Position numbers and translations under genes: made by a program. Shown in pieces: positions 1-9,366 of a DNA stretch of 27,396 nucleotides. The notes under the pieces are model-generated. The model was not told the DNA's origin. It did no database searches and saw only the letters and a program-made list of their open reading frames with translations. Origin of the DNA: Nitrososphaeria archaeon (lineage in GTDB: Archaea; Thermoproteota; Nitrososphaeria; JACIWG01); NCBI GenBank assembly GCA_050011875.1, contig JBEKIG010000018.1:1-27396 (forward strand), given 5' to 3'. The stretch's first letter is position 1. Every line of letters begins with the position of its first letter.

Positions 1-249
1 ATGGAAAACAGAGGGGTGAAAAATATAATTGGGATCGCGAACGGGCCGGGGAAACTAACTAAAGCGATGAACATAACTATGGAACATTACGGAATAGACC
101 TTACAGAGGAGGGGGAGCTGTACATTATAGGGCATGAAACAGATGAAAAACCTTCTATTGCAACCTCCAAGAGGATTGGCATCAAGAAGGCCTCCGAAAA
201 GCTGTGGCGATTTTACATCAAAGACAACCCTTTCATATCAAAAACCTGA
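1..249 (+). CDS. mpg: 3-methyladenine DNA glycosylase (MPG/AAG family), C-terminal part; gene runs in from upstream of the window
   Basis: Family motifs NGPGKLTKAMNI and TSKRIGIKKA..LWRFYIKDNPFIS. Confidence 0.9.
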   Translation: MENRGVKNIIGIANGPGKLTKAMNITMEHYGIDLTEEGELYIIGHETDEKPSIATSKRIGIKKASEKLWRFYIKDNPFISKT

Positions 250-266
250 CATATCAACTATCAAAG

Positions 267-297
267 GTCAGCTACCACCCCTTAAAAGGAGTGGCTT
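267..297. mobile_element. IS200/IS605-type terminal hairpin (left end on + or right end on -)
   Basis: GTCAGCTACCACCCCTTAAAAGGAGTGGCTT. Its reverse complement matches the end motif next to tnpA at 10375-10405 at 23/31 positions with compensatory stem changes. Confidence 0.7.
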
Positions 298-474
298 GTA
301 GCTGTCATTCACTATATCATTTAATTTATAGAAAGATATTGATCGATGATAATAAAATCAAAATAATCAGCACTCGATGAACAATAAATTTTTATGGTAA
401 AATTTTTTGACGTTAAACCATATTTTTTGAACCTTTAGTGCTTTAATTAACAGAACAACAAGTCTGATACAACA

Positions 475-816
475 ATGAGTGAACATTCAAATAAAGTTGA
501 CCAGATAAAAAAAGTGTCTACTGAATGTGATGAACATTATTCCTTTTTAAAGGAAACAGGATCTTCTATAGACTCGAATTCTCTAAAGCCCAGAGTGCGT
601 AATATTACTCATTCAACAAATGTTGGCAAAAAAATTTCTAACTTCGGTATCGCTTTGGTAGCGTTACCTGATCCGATAATGATATCAGATGCGGTTGGAG
701 GGGTCCTTTTTATTTCAGGTCGATATATGCAGAAGAAGGCGCCTATTGTACTAAAAGACGTGTTCAAAGAATTTAACAAAGTCAACGGAGAGTTAAAGAA
801 AGCACGTTTTCTTTAG
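475..816 (+). CDS. Hypothetical protein with a hydrophobic hairpin segment
   Basis: 113-aa ORF; GIALVALPDPIMISDAVGGVLF followed by a basic helix. Confidence 0.65.
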   Translation: MSEHSNKVDQIKKVSTECDEHYSFLKETGSSIDSNSLKPRVRNITHSTNVGKKISNFGIALVALPDPIMISDAVGGVLFISGRYMQKKAPIVLKDVFKEFNKVNGELKKARFL

Positions 817-907
817 ATTCAGGATTTAAGCTAAGAATTTAACCCTCTTCGAAGCTTTCTCCTTTTTTTCAGACATAAGCTCGTTTACGTACAAAAGGAT
901 ATCAGAG

Positions 908-1141
908 ATGCCTGGTGGGACATCCTTTACATTCAGGGGCGTCACCTTCTATAGCATACCGTTCAATACAAGTGTTACAGCCTGTGAATTCTACTATATC
1001 AGAATCACCTCTCATAACGGTGCTTCAGAGCAAATAGGTAGGATATTGTGCTACAGGGGGCACAGATGTAGTTTTAACGAACGACGTTAATCCGAGGGCA
1101 GGAATAATAGTGAGGAACTAACTAGCAGCCTTCAAAGATAG
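908..1141 (+). pseudogene. Possible decayed gene fragment ending at the 48-bp repeat
   Basis: Short protein-like ORF 908-1090; the region ends at the dispersed repeat starting at 1142. Confidence 0.25.
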
Positions 1142-1189
1142 AAGTTTCTTTATATCCAATCGATAGATTTTGTAAAACCTGTGTCCTAA
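1142..1189 (+). repeat. 48-bp dispersed repeat, copy 1 (copy 2 at 26171-26218)
   Basis: AAGTTTCTTTATATCCAATCGATAGATTTTGTAAAACCTGTGTCCTAA; 44/48 identical to copy 2. Confidence 0.9.
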
Positions 1190-1543
1190 GATGTATAGAA
1201 AGATGTTGATCAAGTGAACCTATGCATGATATTAAATTTCAGTACAAAGAATAAATGTTAAAGGATTACGAACTCATTTTTAAAAAGTTGTGCAACCTTC
1301 AAAGGCACAAAAAACTAGCCTGATGGCTCTTCGTAGTAAAAGACAACTTAAATTTAGTTTTTACTGTTCTTTTTTCATGCACGAGCTTGCGAGCGCACGC
1401 ACTATCATTATCCAATCTGTTTTTTATCAATGCGTGTGACAGAGAGAGATACAGACAGATATGGTATGAGAGATGGTACACACACGAGAGAGAACATACG
1501 TGCGTGGATGCGTTTTCGTGTGTCAGAGAAAAAGATTAAATTT

Positions 1544-1600
1544 TAAACCAAAACCAAAACCACTTCCAATTCACTTCCCCTTCACTTCCCTTTCCTTCCC
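1544..1600. repeat. Low-complexity tract: AAAACC-type repeats, then CACTTCC at 11-bp period
   Basis: CACTTCC at 1561, 1572 and 1583, with a degenerate copy near 1593. Confidence 0.6.
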
Positions 1601-1658
1601 TATACTGGAGAAACGACAAACCCAGACATACAGACAGACACTCTTATCAATCAAACTT

Positions 1659-3152
1659 TTAAACGCGCGCGTTTCTCCATCGCGATAAAAGAAAGACTAT
1701 GATTGCTAAACACACCACCACCACTACTGCGGTCGCTAGAATGGTTAATGTCTCGCCGTTGTAGCCATAAAATTCGACGATGGGCTGAGAGGTCACACTA
1801 TGCCCAGTGGCGTCTGTTACGGCTACGGCTAGCTCATGTTGACCCATTGAGGATGGACTGTAGAAATAGCTTGTAGTGCGACTGTTGGTTGTCATCTGAT
1901 ACACCGTTATGCCATTATCCATCCATATGTAGGAGAAGGGGGCAAACCCTCCTGATATTGTCAAGTTAAGAAGGGCACTAGAATTTGCTAATAATGGATT
2001 TGTTGAATTGAATTCTCCGATGAACGACAATATCGATAAAGGCAAATAGACTTGTACAGCTGTATAGCTTTCATAGAAATTGGGTTGGCCGAGGACTACA
2101 GTATAGGTCCCGTTCGTCATGATTGTCTCAAGGTTGTAGGCCCCTTCAGCTGTGTTGCTTCCGAACCCATACAGGGCATAGGGAGTTATGATGGTTCTAT
2201 TGGACATCGAATAGTGCATGCTCAGAGTGGAATTCATTTGGGTGAAAGTAGTGACTTCTCCGTTAAATTCCCCTCCGAAGACGAGTTCTGCGTCATAATC
2301 ACAATAGTTTGTCGGCGTCAGACCGTATCCGCTTATAATTATTGACGCGTTAGTAACTCCCGGGGCCATTATGGTTGCTGTGTCGTAATTTATCGGATCG
2401 TGTATTCTTGAATCCTGACCGTTCGTTAAGATCTGATAGGCAAAGGTGACATTAACCGAGTTGGTCGATGCTGAGATACTGATGGGTAAGTTGAATCTAA
2501 GTGGGAAGCTGTATGGCTTCGACTGCGTACTGAATCCATAGCAGTATTCTCCTGTGATGTTGTAATAACTTACGCTTCCTTGGCCGGAGACGTTAGCGCT
2601 GGTCATGTTGGCTTTTGGTAAAGAGAAATTCCAGATATTGTCCGTGAAAAACAATGAACTCGCATTAGTTACGAAGTCTGCCATATCTTGTAGCCAGTAG
2701 TCTTTTTGACCGGAAGTCGTGTTTATTTGCAACACGATATTCAATTGGAGACTTACGCAATACGGGTTTACAAGAGTTTGAGTTCCATTATATGCACCTA
2801 TGGAAAATATCTCGGCGTGGCCGACCACGTTATTTGTTAGAATCGCGTAAGGAACTACATAACCAGATTCATTTTCTTCGCCATAATCGGCAATTCCCGT
2901 AGGGACTGGAGCAGAGTGATACATATGATGGATGTCAACAGGGTCTCCTTTGGCATGCAGAGAACTCACATACTGTCGATCTATAAGGTAGCTTAGGGCG
3001 TGGTTTTGTTGGACATATGCAGGCAGCTGTGCAATATACGCATGAACCGAGGCAGCATGCTCACTCATGAAAAGCATGAAACACAAGAGGATGATGGAGA
3101 GCAGTTGAAGTCGGGAATTATTCATACTTCCCCTGGTCAAATTGATAAGCAT
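1659..3152 (-). CDS. Thermopsin-family (peptidase A5) protease with signal peptide, Ig/PKD-like domain and C-terminal membrane anchor
   Basis: Motifs PTGIADYG, SLQLNIVL, YWLQD, DNIWNFS, DAELVFGG and GSNTAE; hydrophobic N-terminus; TM helix plus RWRNARV tail. Alternative start ATG at 3125. Confidence 0.9.
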   Translation of the reverse strand: MLINLTRGSMNNSRLQLLSIILLCFMLFMSEHAASVHAYIAQLPAYVQQNHALSYLIDRQYVSSLHAKGDPVDIHHMYHSAPVPTGIADYGEENESGYVVPYAILTNNVVGHAEIFSIGAYNGTQTLVNPYCVSLQLNIVLQINTTSGQKDYWLQDMADFVTNASSLFFTDNIWNFSLPKANMTSANVSGQGSVSYYNITGEYCYGFSTQSKPYSFPLRFNLPISISASTNSVNVTFAYQILTNGQDSRIHDPINYDTATIMAPGVTNASIIISGYGLTPTNYCDYDAELVFGGEFNGEVTTFTQMNSTLSMHYSMSNRTIITPYALYGFGSNTAEGAYNLETIMTNGTYTVVLGQPNFYESYTAVQVYLPLSILSFIGEFNSTNPLLANSSALLNLTISGGFAPFSYIWMDNGITVYQMTTNSRTTSYFYSPSSMGQHELAVAVTDATGHSVTSQPIVEFYGYNGETLTILATAVVVVVCLAIIVFLLSRWRNARV

Positions 3153-3567
3153 CAGTTATATTACTCTTTAGTCTTAGAATGCGCGCAAACGCGTGTAGCC
3201 AAGCTAGAACAAGCACAGAGGAAATAGGAACAACAAGAACCAAACACGTAACCGATAATGCGCTGGGGTGTAAAATTTAATCTTTCTCGCCTCGCCCTCA
3301 CTATTTTACGATCGATCTAGATGACACTTATTGCATTGTGCTATCAGAAGCTTATCTATTCTAAGTGGAGTACGAACTAGGTTGCTGATAGCCTTGCGGT
3401 GCGTTATCCTTAGAAGTTTACTGTTGTTCATGATTTGGACCTGTTGATGTTGATTTAGGTTATAGGAATAGAAAATTTGTTTACGGAGCCTTATCTTTAC
3501 CCTTATTTACCGTCTGTTCCCAGTAAAACAGCTTAAGATTCCTATCTTCTTAAATGTCATTTAACCG

Positions 3568-3682
3568 TCAACAACAGTCAACGATCATCAACGATCATCA
3601 ACGATCATCAACGATCATCAACGATCATCAACGTCCGTCAACGTCCGTCAACAGTCATCAACATTTATCAACAGCCATCAAC
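3568..3682. repeat. Tandem array of 12 TCAAC boxes at exact 10-bp spacing
   Basis: TCAAC every 10 bp from 3568 to 3678. Linkers: AACAG, GATCA x5, GTCCG x2, AGTCA, ATTTA, AGCCA. One more in-phase TCAAC at 3708. Confidence 0.95.
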
Positions 3683-4099
3683 AGCAGCCGTTAGGGACCA
3701 TCAGCAGTCAACAGGAATCTAACAGTTGACTATTGCACCATCGAACAATCGTACTAGTGGACTAACTAAATTTGGGAGTGGAGAAGGCTTGTACAAGGAT
3801 GCGTTGTCTAAAAAACTGTCTGCATCATGAGATATAAAGCAAGAATCATGGTCTGCTGCTCTGGAAGAAATCTCAAAAATACTTGGACCCAAGTGGAAAG
3901 AAGGGATATATTGAACATAAAAAAAAGGTTGGGAGCTAGTGCTAAGATTAAGAGCGGAAAGAACAAAGCCAATGGCTTCCACTGGTAGATTCATAGTACC
4001 ACCCGAATTAAAAATGAAATAGGAAATGTGGAATATTGACGTAGTGGATCGTATCTGAGAAATCGGCATTCTGCTCTGCTACTCTGATAATATTGATGT

Positions 4100-5029
4100 T
4101 TAGCCTTTTACATGGCTTTCGAAGTTTGTTACTAATTCGCATAACAAGTTCTTCTTTTGCTTATCCCGCTCATTAGCTAACATCTCAATCAAGTGTTTGA
4201 AAAGCCAAGTTCTGTCGTCAATGTACTTCAGAGGTATGTATGGCACCTGTACTCCTTGGAAGACGACCCCCCTTAGTTTATCGAATTGGTCTAACATGAA
4301 CTCGTCACCTTCTTTACCTGAGATTGTGTTAAGCAGGCTAAGCAGCTTACTATATGTCTCTATTGTAAATCTTACGTCATCGCTTATAGGATCTTTTGCG
4401 GCGGCTTCCACCCATTTTGACGCAAGAAGCCTAAACTTTTCTACATACTTTTCCTCCTTTAACCTCTTCAGGATTTCATCCTTGGCAGCCAGTTTCTTTA
4501 ATATGTTGAATAGCTGTTCATGTTCTCGCCTGAGCTGTTCTCCTATACCTTCCAAGATCTCATCTACTAATAGGTAGCATGCTTCTGGGTTTGAGGTTGC
4601 AAGCTTGTCAAGTCTGTAAAGCATAACTGTATAGAGTTCATAGTTTTCAGTGGGCAAGCTACTTCCCTTTCCATTACATTCTTGGAGTATTTTTAGCCAC
4701 TCTGCAACCTCCTCTTGAACGGGGATCATCTCCTTTATTGCCGGTTGCTCTTCTGTCATCATTAGTGCGTCAACTATCTTACGCCCCCTTTCAGATAAAC
4801 TACAATATTTACGTGGACCGCCGATTTTTTGTGATTCCTCTCTTACTTCGATAAGGTCAGATCCTTTAAGTTCTTTTACGGCCTCAGAAATAGCTGGCAG
4901 CTTTACACCAAGTGCTCTGGCCAGTTCGCTCATATGCATCTCCTTTGTCTTGGTTAATTGCTCTATTAACGAACGATGCCTTCCCATAATCGCCATTTCC
5001 TTCCACACATCATCATCTTTATTAGACAT
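4100..5029 (-). CDS. Winged-helix DNA-binding protein (ArsR/MarR-like N-terminus) with long alpha-helical C-terminal region
   Basis: MHMSELARALGVKLPAISEAVKELKGSDLIEV...GGPRKYCSLSERGRKIV. Confidence 0.85.
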   Translation of the reverse strand: MSNKDDDVWKEMAIMGRHRSLIEQLTKTKEMHMSELARALGVKLPAISEAVKELKGSDLIEVREESQKIGGPRKYCSLSERGRKIVDALMMTEEQPAIKEMIPVQEEVAEWLKILQECNGKGSSLPTENYELYTVMLYRLDKLATSNPEACYLLVDEILEGIGEQLRREHEQLFNILKKLAAKDEILKRLKEEKYVEKFRLLASKWVEAAAKDPISDDVRFTIETYSKLLSLLNTISGKEGDEFMLDQFDKLRGVVFQGVQVPYIPLKYIDDRTWLFKHLIEMLANERDKQKKNLLCELVTNFESHVKG

Positions 5030-5035
5030 TTAGGA

Positions 5036-5052
5036 AACTAACCAACTTAGTT
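5036..5052. promoter_or_regulatory. Candidate operator inverted repeat in the divergent promoter region
   Basis: AACTAA-CCAAC-TTAGTT directly upstream of the wHTH start codon. Confidence 0.3.
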
Positions 5053-5230
5053 ACTTAACAAAATAGAATATATACTTTACTATCTTACTATAAGCTGTTA
5101 ACTATTGGTAGTAAAAAGTCCAACAAACAGAATTTCATATCGGTTGTCAGAGCTTTCGAGGCTTTCTTATCGAACTTCTGCGACAACTTCTCCAACAACA
5201 GGCTTTTTTGTTATGAGTCGTTGACTTGAA

Positions 5231-6826
5231 ATGAGAAATCTTGATGAAGTAATTAGGAAGCTGAGGGAACTTGCGAGGGAGAAGCCGCTGGGACCAGAAG
5301 ACCAGGAAACAGCGGTAGAATTAATGCGGGATCTTAGAAAGGGCGGGTTTACAAGCGAAGAAATAAGTGAAGTAACAGGTCGTGCCTGGAGCTCCTCCTC
5401 AGTTAGAGGGTTGGTGGCAAACGTTAAGGTTTCAGATTCCGGAATGAAAGCGAGGGCAATTGACCTGATCATAAAGGCCGTTGAAAAGGACATCAGTTTA
5501 GACCAGGTCGAAAACGCCGTCTCGATTAAGTCTAGGCTGGATTCGAAGGGGACTAGCCTTGAAGAAGTCGCAGATTTTTTGAAGGTAGCCGAAGCTGCGA
5601 AAGCTAGCGTAGGAGAGCTGGTAAAGACAATTAACTCCCTTATCCTCTCTAAGATCACGGTCGATCAGCTAAAGCAGATACTCGAATATAAGAAAAGATA
5701 TGAATTGATGGGGCTCACTTTAGACCATTTAAAGAACATGTACACATTATTAGAAAAATATGGAAGATATGAGTTTGTCATTCAAGCTATCAATACGTAC
5801 AATTCCCTTGTTGAACTTCAGCAGAACTTGAAAGAATGTAATTCAAAGAAGGTCAAGTTGGAAACTGAAATAAGCAGGTTAACTAAAGAAATTTCAAGTC
5901 TAAACGAAAAGAGAAAAGAAGTTGAGGAACCTCTGAAAAAATACGATAACTTGAAAGGGAAAGGCCTTGACGAAGCAGCCCTCCAAGAACTCAGCAAGGC
6001 ACGTGAAAAATTTGGAAGCATCGGAGGCGTCCTTAGGGCTGTCAATAGCTTCGGAAGCCTTGTAGAAATCAGGTCAAGAATTTCTGAATCAGAACGAAAT
6101 GAAAAGGATTTGGAAAATAGAGCAGATAAGCTTAGGACGGAGAACGCTCAGACGTTCAAGGCTATAGAAATGTGTAGGAAGCTGGAGTTGACATACAGAT
6201 TCAATTTAGATACCATTGAAAATTTGATCGCAATCGCAGAAGAATATGGCAGCCCACAGGAAGTGATAGAGGCCATCAGAAGCTACGGTAGTCTCAAGGC
6301 AGTTATAGACAAGATTAATGTGCTGAAAGATCTTATAGGAAAATATGAGACAAATATTACACAGCTCAAAGGAGACATTTACAGCTGGGAGAAAAAGCGT
6401 GAAACAAATATTGCGCAGCTCAAAGCAGACACTTACAGCTGGGAGAAGAAGCGCGACGCAGTAATAAATGAACAAAGGGAATACTCCAACGGGCTCCAAG
6501 CTCAAAAGACTAGAGCAGAACGGTTTGGAGGCGAACTTGAAGAGGCTAAGATAATATTGGCTCTTAGGAAATATCCGTCTGAACTCAAAATCGAAAATTT
6601 AGAGTACCTAGTTCAGACTATCAGGAGCTTAGCGAGCAGAGCAAAGGATCTTGGATTAAACAGAAAATTTGTACTTAAAGACGCAATGGACGCCACATTT
6701 TATTCAAAACATCTATACCTAACCACCTCTAGTGAAGTAGAATTACTCGAAGTGCTCGACTGGGCGTGTAGAGCTATAACCCTCTGTGTTGTCAGGGCGT
6801 CGTTAGGTAAAGCGGGTGCAAGTTAG
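5231..6826 (+). CDS. Uncharacterised N-terminal HTH plus coiled-coil protein with three internal helical repeats
   Basis: HTH-like LRKGGFTSEEISEVTGRAWSSSSVRGLV; repeats EKYG..VIQAINTYNSL, EKFG..VLRAVNSFGSL and EEYG..VIEAIRSYGSL, each followed by heptads. Confidence 0.85.
   Translation: MRNLDEVIRKLRELAREKPLGPEDQETAVELMRDLRKGGFTSEEISEVTGRAWSSSSVRGLVANVKVSDSGMKARAIDLIIKAVEKDISLDQVENAVSIKSRLDSKGTSLEEVADFLKVAEAAKASVGELVKTINSLILSKITVDQLKQILEYKKRYELMGLTLDHLKNMYTLLEKYGRYEFVIQAINTYNSLVELQQNLKECNSKKVKLETEISRLTKEISSLNEKRKEVEEPLKKYDNLKGKGLDEAALQELSKAREKFGSIGGVLRAVNSFGSLVEIRSRISESERNEKDLENRADKLRTENAQTFKAIEMCRKLELTYRFNLDTIENLIAIAEEYGSPQEVIEAIRSYGSLKAVIDKINVLKDLIGKYETNITQLKGDIYSWEKKRETNIAQLKADTYSWEKKRDAVINEQREYSNGLQAQKTRAERFGGELEEAKIILALRKYPSELKIENLEYLVQTIRSLASRAKDLGLNRKFVLKDAMDATFYSKHLYLTTSSEVELLEVLDWACRAITLCVVRASLGKAGAS
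6347..6454 (+). repeat. In-frame 54-bp tandem duplication
   Basis: ETNITQLKGDIYSWEKKR / ETNIAQLKADTYSWEKKR. Confidence 0.9.
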
Positions 6827-6827
6827 G

Positions 6828-7739
6828 ATGAGCCTAGATAAGATCAAACAAGAAATCGGCAAACTTGAGGCAATAGCAGACTATGATAAAGTAAAGAAGG
6901 AAAGGAATGAGATGTTAAAGAAGACAGAGGAGCTTGAAAGTACAAAATCAAATTTAGAGAAAGGGCTGCAAGATAACGTTAACAAGAATGCTGACCTACA
7001 GGCCAAGTTAGGCGAAGGAGGGGTAAGAATTAAAGCTCTGGAGGATGAAGTTCAAAACTTTAAGGCAAGAAACGTGGAACTTGAATCAAGGATTAGTAAC
7101 CTAGAACAGCTTAAAGCCACAACCGAAGGGAAGACATTGAGAGAGGCTGAAGAAGCCTTCATAAAGGCGAAGAATGGAGAAATTCAGAAGGTAGCTGAAG
7201 AACGCTTCAACTTCATGAAGGCTGGATGGGAACGGGACAAGAAACCAGCAGAAGTATTGAATGCCGCTTGCAATCTACTAGATCGCAGTTTGAAGGGTGG
7301 TCTTCGGATAAAGGAACTCGCAGAAAAAGGTGTGCCTGAGGCAGTTATCAAAATAATCTCAAACGAAGTCAGTTCAAGGATAAACCAGGAGTTCATAAGA
7401 AGGGTCGAAGAAGAATCCAATAAAAAGCTCAACCAACTGAAGAATGTTGAATGGCCTAACTGGTTCAGGACACATGTGGAGCCAAAAAGTAGGGAACTGG
7501 AAAGCAAGATTGTTGCAAATTCTCTGAAACGCTTAGAAGGCCCCTGGATCATCACTTGCAACAAGTGCGGGTCACAACAAGAAGATATGGCGTTCGACGA
7601 GGACGGAGTATCACGATTGTTAAGAGACAAGCTGGTTTATATTCGATGTTCAAACCCGAACTGCAGAGATTTCATAGGAGGGCACAGGATCAAAGTGGAG
7701 CTTCGGAAACTCATCTACCATTACTTGATACAGGGATAA
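6828..7739 (+). CDS. Uncharacterised coiled-coil protein with C-terminal zinc-binding domain
   Basis: ATG at 6828, 1 bp after the upstream stop; E/K/L heptads, then CNKC...CSNPNC. Confidence 0.85.
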   Translation: MSLDKIKQEIGKLEAIADYDKVKKERNEMLKKTEELESTKSNLEKGLQDNVNKNADLQAKLGEGGVRIKALEDEVQNFKARNVELESRISNLEQLKATTEGKTLREAEEAFIKAKNGEIQKVAEERFNFMKAGWERDKKPAEVLNAACNLLDRSLKGGLRIKELAEKGVPEAVIKIISNEVSSRINQEFIRRVEEESNKKLNQLKNVEWPNWFRTHVEPKSRELESKIVANSLKRLEGPWIITCNKCGSQQEDMAFDEDGVSRLLRDKLVYIRCSNPNCRDFIGGHRIKVELRKLIYHYLIQG

Positions 7740-7798
7740 TTTGGAAAAAGTTAAGCTGGCGATGTAGAAAGCGAGAACTTCTCAATAAAGCTCAATAA

Positions 7799-7924
7799 TT
7801 TAATATTGTATACTCTAAAGGGCCAGAAGAGCCATCACAAAAGGCACTTGAAATTATAATGAAATGTCAAACTAGTGTAATAGTTAAAGAGGATAAACTG
7901 TTAGGAATCATTACAAAAACATAG
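7799..7924 (+). pseudogene. CBS-domain remnant
   Basis: Startless frame GPEEPSQKALEIIMK...VIVKEDKLLGIITKT resembles a CBS motif. Confidence 0.5.
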
Positions 7925-8043
7925 CTTTTGCCTTAATTGGTGGTGTTAGTGCGTTACTATGTCATACTTTAGGACAAGCTTTTTTAAATTAAGAAGTTAG
8001 GATAGAGTATACTTGGTGGGACGCTCTTATTTTATCTCATTAG

Positions 8044-9366
8044 TCACTCCTTCACACTTGCAATTTGATCTTGAGGAGCTAACTTTCGTTGGCCTACGCT
8101 CTGCTTTTTTGAGGGCAGAAATAGCGAAGCAACTAGACCCATGAGTGTTACAATTGTGCCGATTGCGAAGACCGGGATAAATGAGGGGTTGGAAGCGATG
8201 AAATAGCCAGGCACGACCGACACAATTGCTCCGACTAGATTACCTCCACTATTCATTATCCCAGCTGCTGTACCTGCAACCTTGGGTGTGAACAGTTCGG
8301 TTGTCAGTGGCCAGGCGTTGACCAAGCCTGAGTTGAACATCCAAAAAAGCACAAGTAGGGTGATTATGTATTGAAGCGGGATAGTTCCAAACAGGGCGAT
8401 CAAAGAAGTGACTAAAGCCATGATAAGAAACGAACCCAAGAGAGAATATACAACAACCTTCCTGTGACCTATACGATCACCCACAAAGCCGGCCAGAGGC
8501 TGTCCCAGAAGTGGGGGTACGGTCGCAACCATTGTGAAGAGAAATGCGGCCGTAACATTGTCCATGTTGTACACCTTCACGAAGTAGAGTGTCAGCCATG
8601 CGCTGATGCTGAAACCACCTGTGGCCCCTGCGTATACTAGCGTGAGGATATACGGGGAGGACGAATGCTTCAGGACGTATCCTGTCGATTCCTCATTGCA
8701 TTCTACCTTTCTCGCCTCAGATAACTGTTCTGTAATTGGTGGAAGCCCAATATCCTCAGGCGTGTTCCGTGTGAATCTGAACACCATTGGTACGGCGAGG
8801 ATCACAGGCAAGCCTACTAGGAGGAAGTCGGATTGAACTGATGACAAACCCAGCAGACGTGTTTGTCCACTCACCAGCACAGGCATGATCAAACTTGCCA
8901 ATATCATCGCTAACTGTCCACTATTGAACAGTATGGCAGTCTGCATTCCACGTCTTGAGGGAGAGAACCATCGGGCAAGCATAGAATTCGCTGGGACAAG
9001 TATAGCAGCTGAACCCGCACCTATCAGAGCCCTTATGATAATACTCAACTCTATGCTGGGTAGAAAGATGCCGAAGAGCACAGACCCCACGCCCATGAGA
9101 AGTGTCCCGAAGAGGACCGTTATCCTCGCACCTAGCCACCGCTCGCTCACGTAGCCAAATGGAACCTGCATAACCGCATACGACCAAATCAGAGCTGAAT
9201 TTAACCATCCTACGGTCGCCGGATCCCAATGGTAGGTAGAAATCAGAGAAGGTATGACGGTGGATATGTCTGAACGCTGGAACCAGTAGAGGAAATAGAC
9301 TATGAGCACGGTGCTCAGCACGACCCACGAATACGGATAAGACCGCCTTTGCCCTTCCATCTCCAC
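8044..9366 (-). CDS. Major facilitator superfamily transporter
   Basis: About 12 TM segments; GYVSERWLGAR, LARWFSPSRRG, GFVGDRIGHRK. Confidence 0.95.
   Translation of the reverse strand: MEMEGQRRSYPYSWVVLSTVLIVYFLYWFQRSDISTVIPSLISTYHWDPATVGWLNSALIWSYAVMQVPFGYVSERWLGARITVLFGTLLMGVGSVLFGIFLPSIELSIIIRALIGAGSAAILVPANSMLARWFSPSRRGMQTAILFNSGQLAMILASLIMPVLVSGQTRLLGLSSVQSDFLLVGLPVILAVPMVFRFTRNTPEDIGLPPITEQLSEARKVECNEESTGYVLKHSSSPYILTLVYAGATGGFSISAWLTLYFVKVYNMDNVTAAFLFTMVATVPPLLGQPLAGFVGDRIGHRKVVVYSLLGSFLIMALVTSLIALFGTIPLQYIITLLVLFWMFNSGLVNAWPLTTELFTPKVAGTAAGIMNSGGNLVGAIVSVVPGYFIASNPSFIPVFAIGTIVTLMGLVASLFLPSKKQSVGQRKLAPQDQIASVKE

Noticed and set aside
3568-3682. CRISPR or guide-RNA array
   Set aside because: 10-bp period with 5-bp linkers, several identical; no cas genes in the window.
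3580-3682. TTGAT on the minus strand equals the ISDra2 TnpB TAM
   Set aside because: Present in only some units, and no tnpB here; likely coincidence.
3554-3694. 46-aa ORF running through the array (MSFNRQQQSTIINDHQR...)
   Set aside because: The period is not a multiple of 3 and the repeat simply lacks stop codons on +; no RBS seen.
3719-4069. 116-aa minus-strand ORF, or a decayed plus-strand gene
   Set aside because: The minus ORF has atypical composition; the more protein-like plus frame has five stops and no recognisable family.
5231-7739. SMC/Rad50 or Wadjet annotation
   Set aside because: No Walker A/B or ABC signature, and no hinge or central zinc hook is recognisable.
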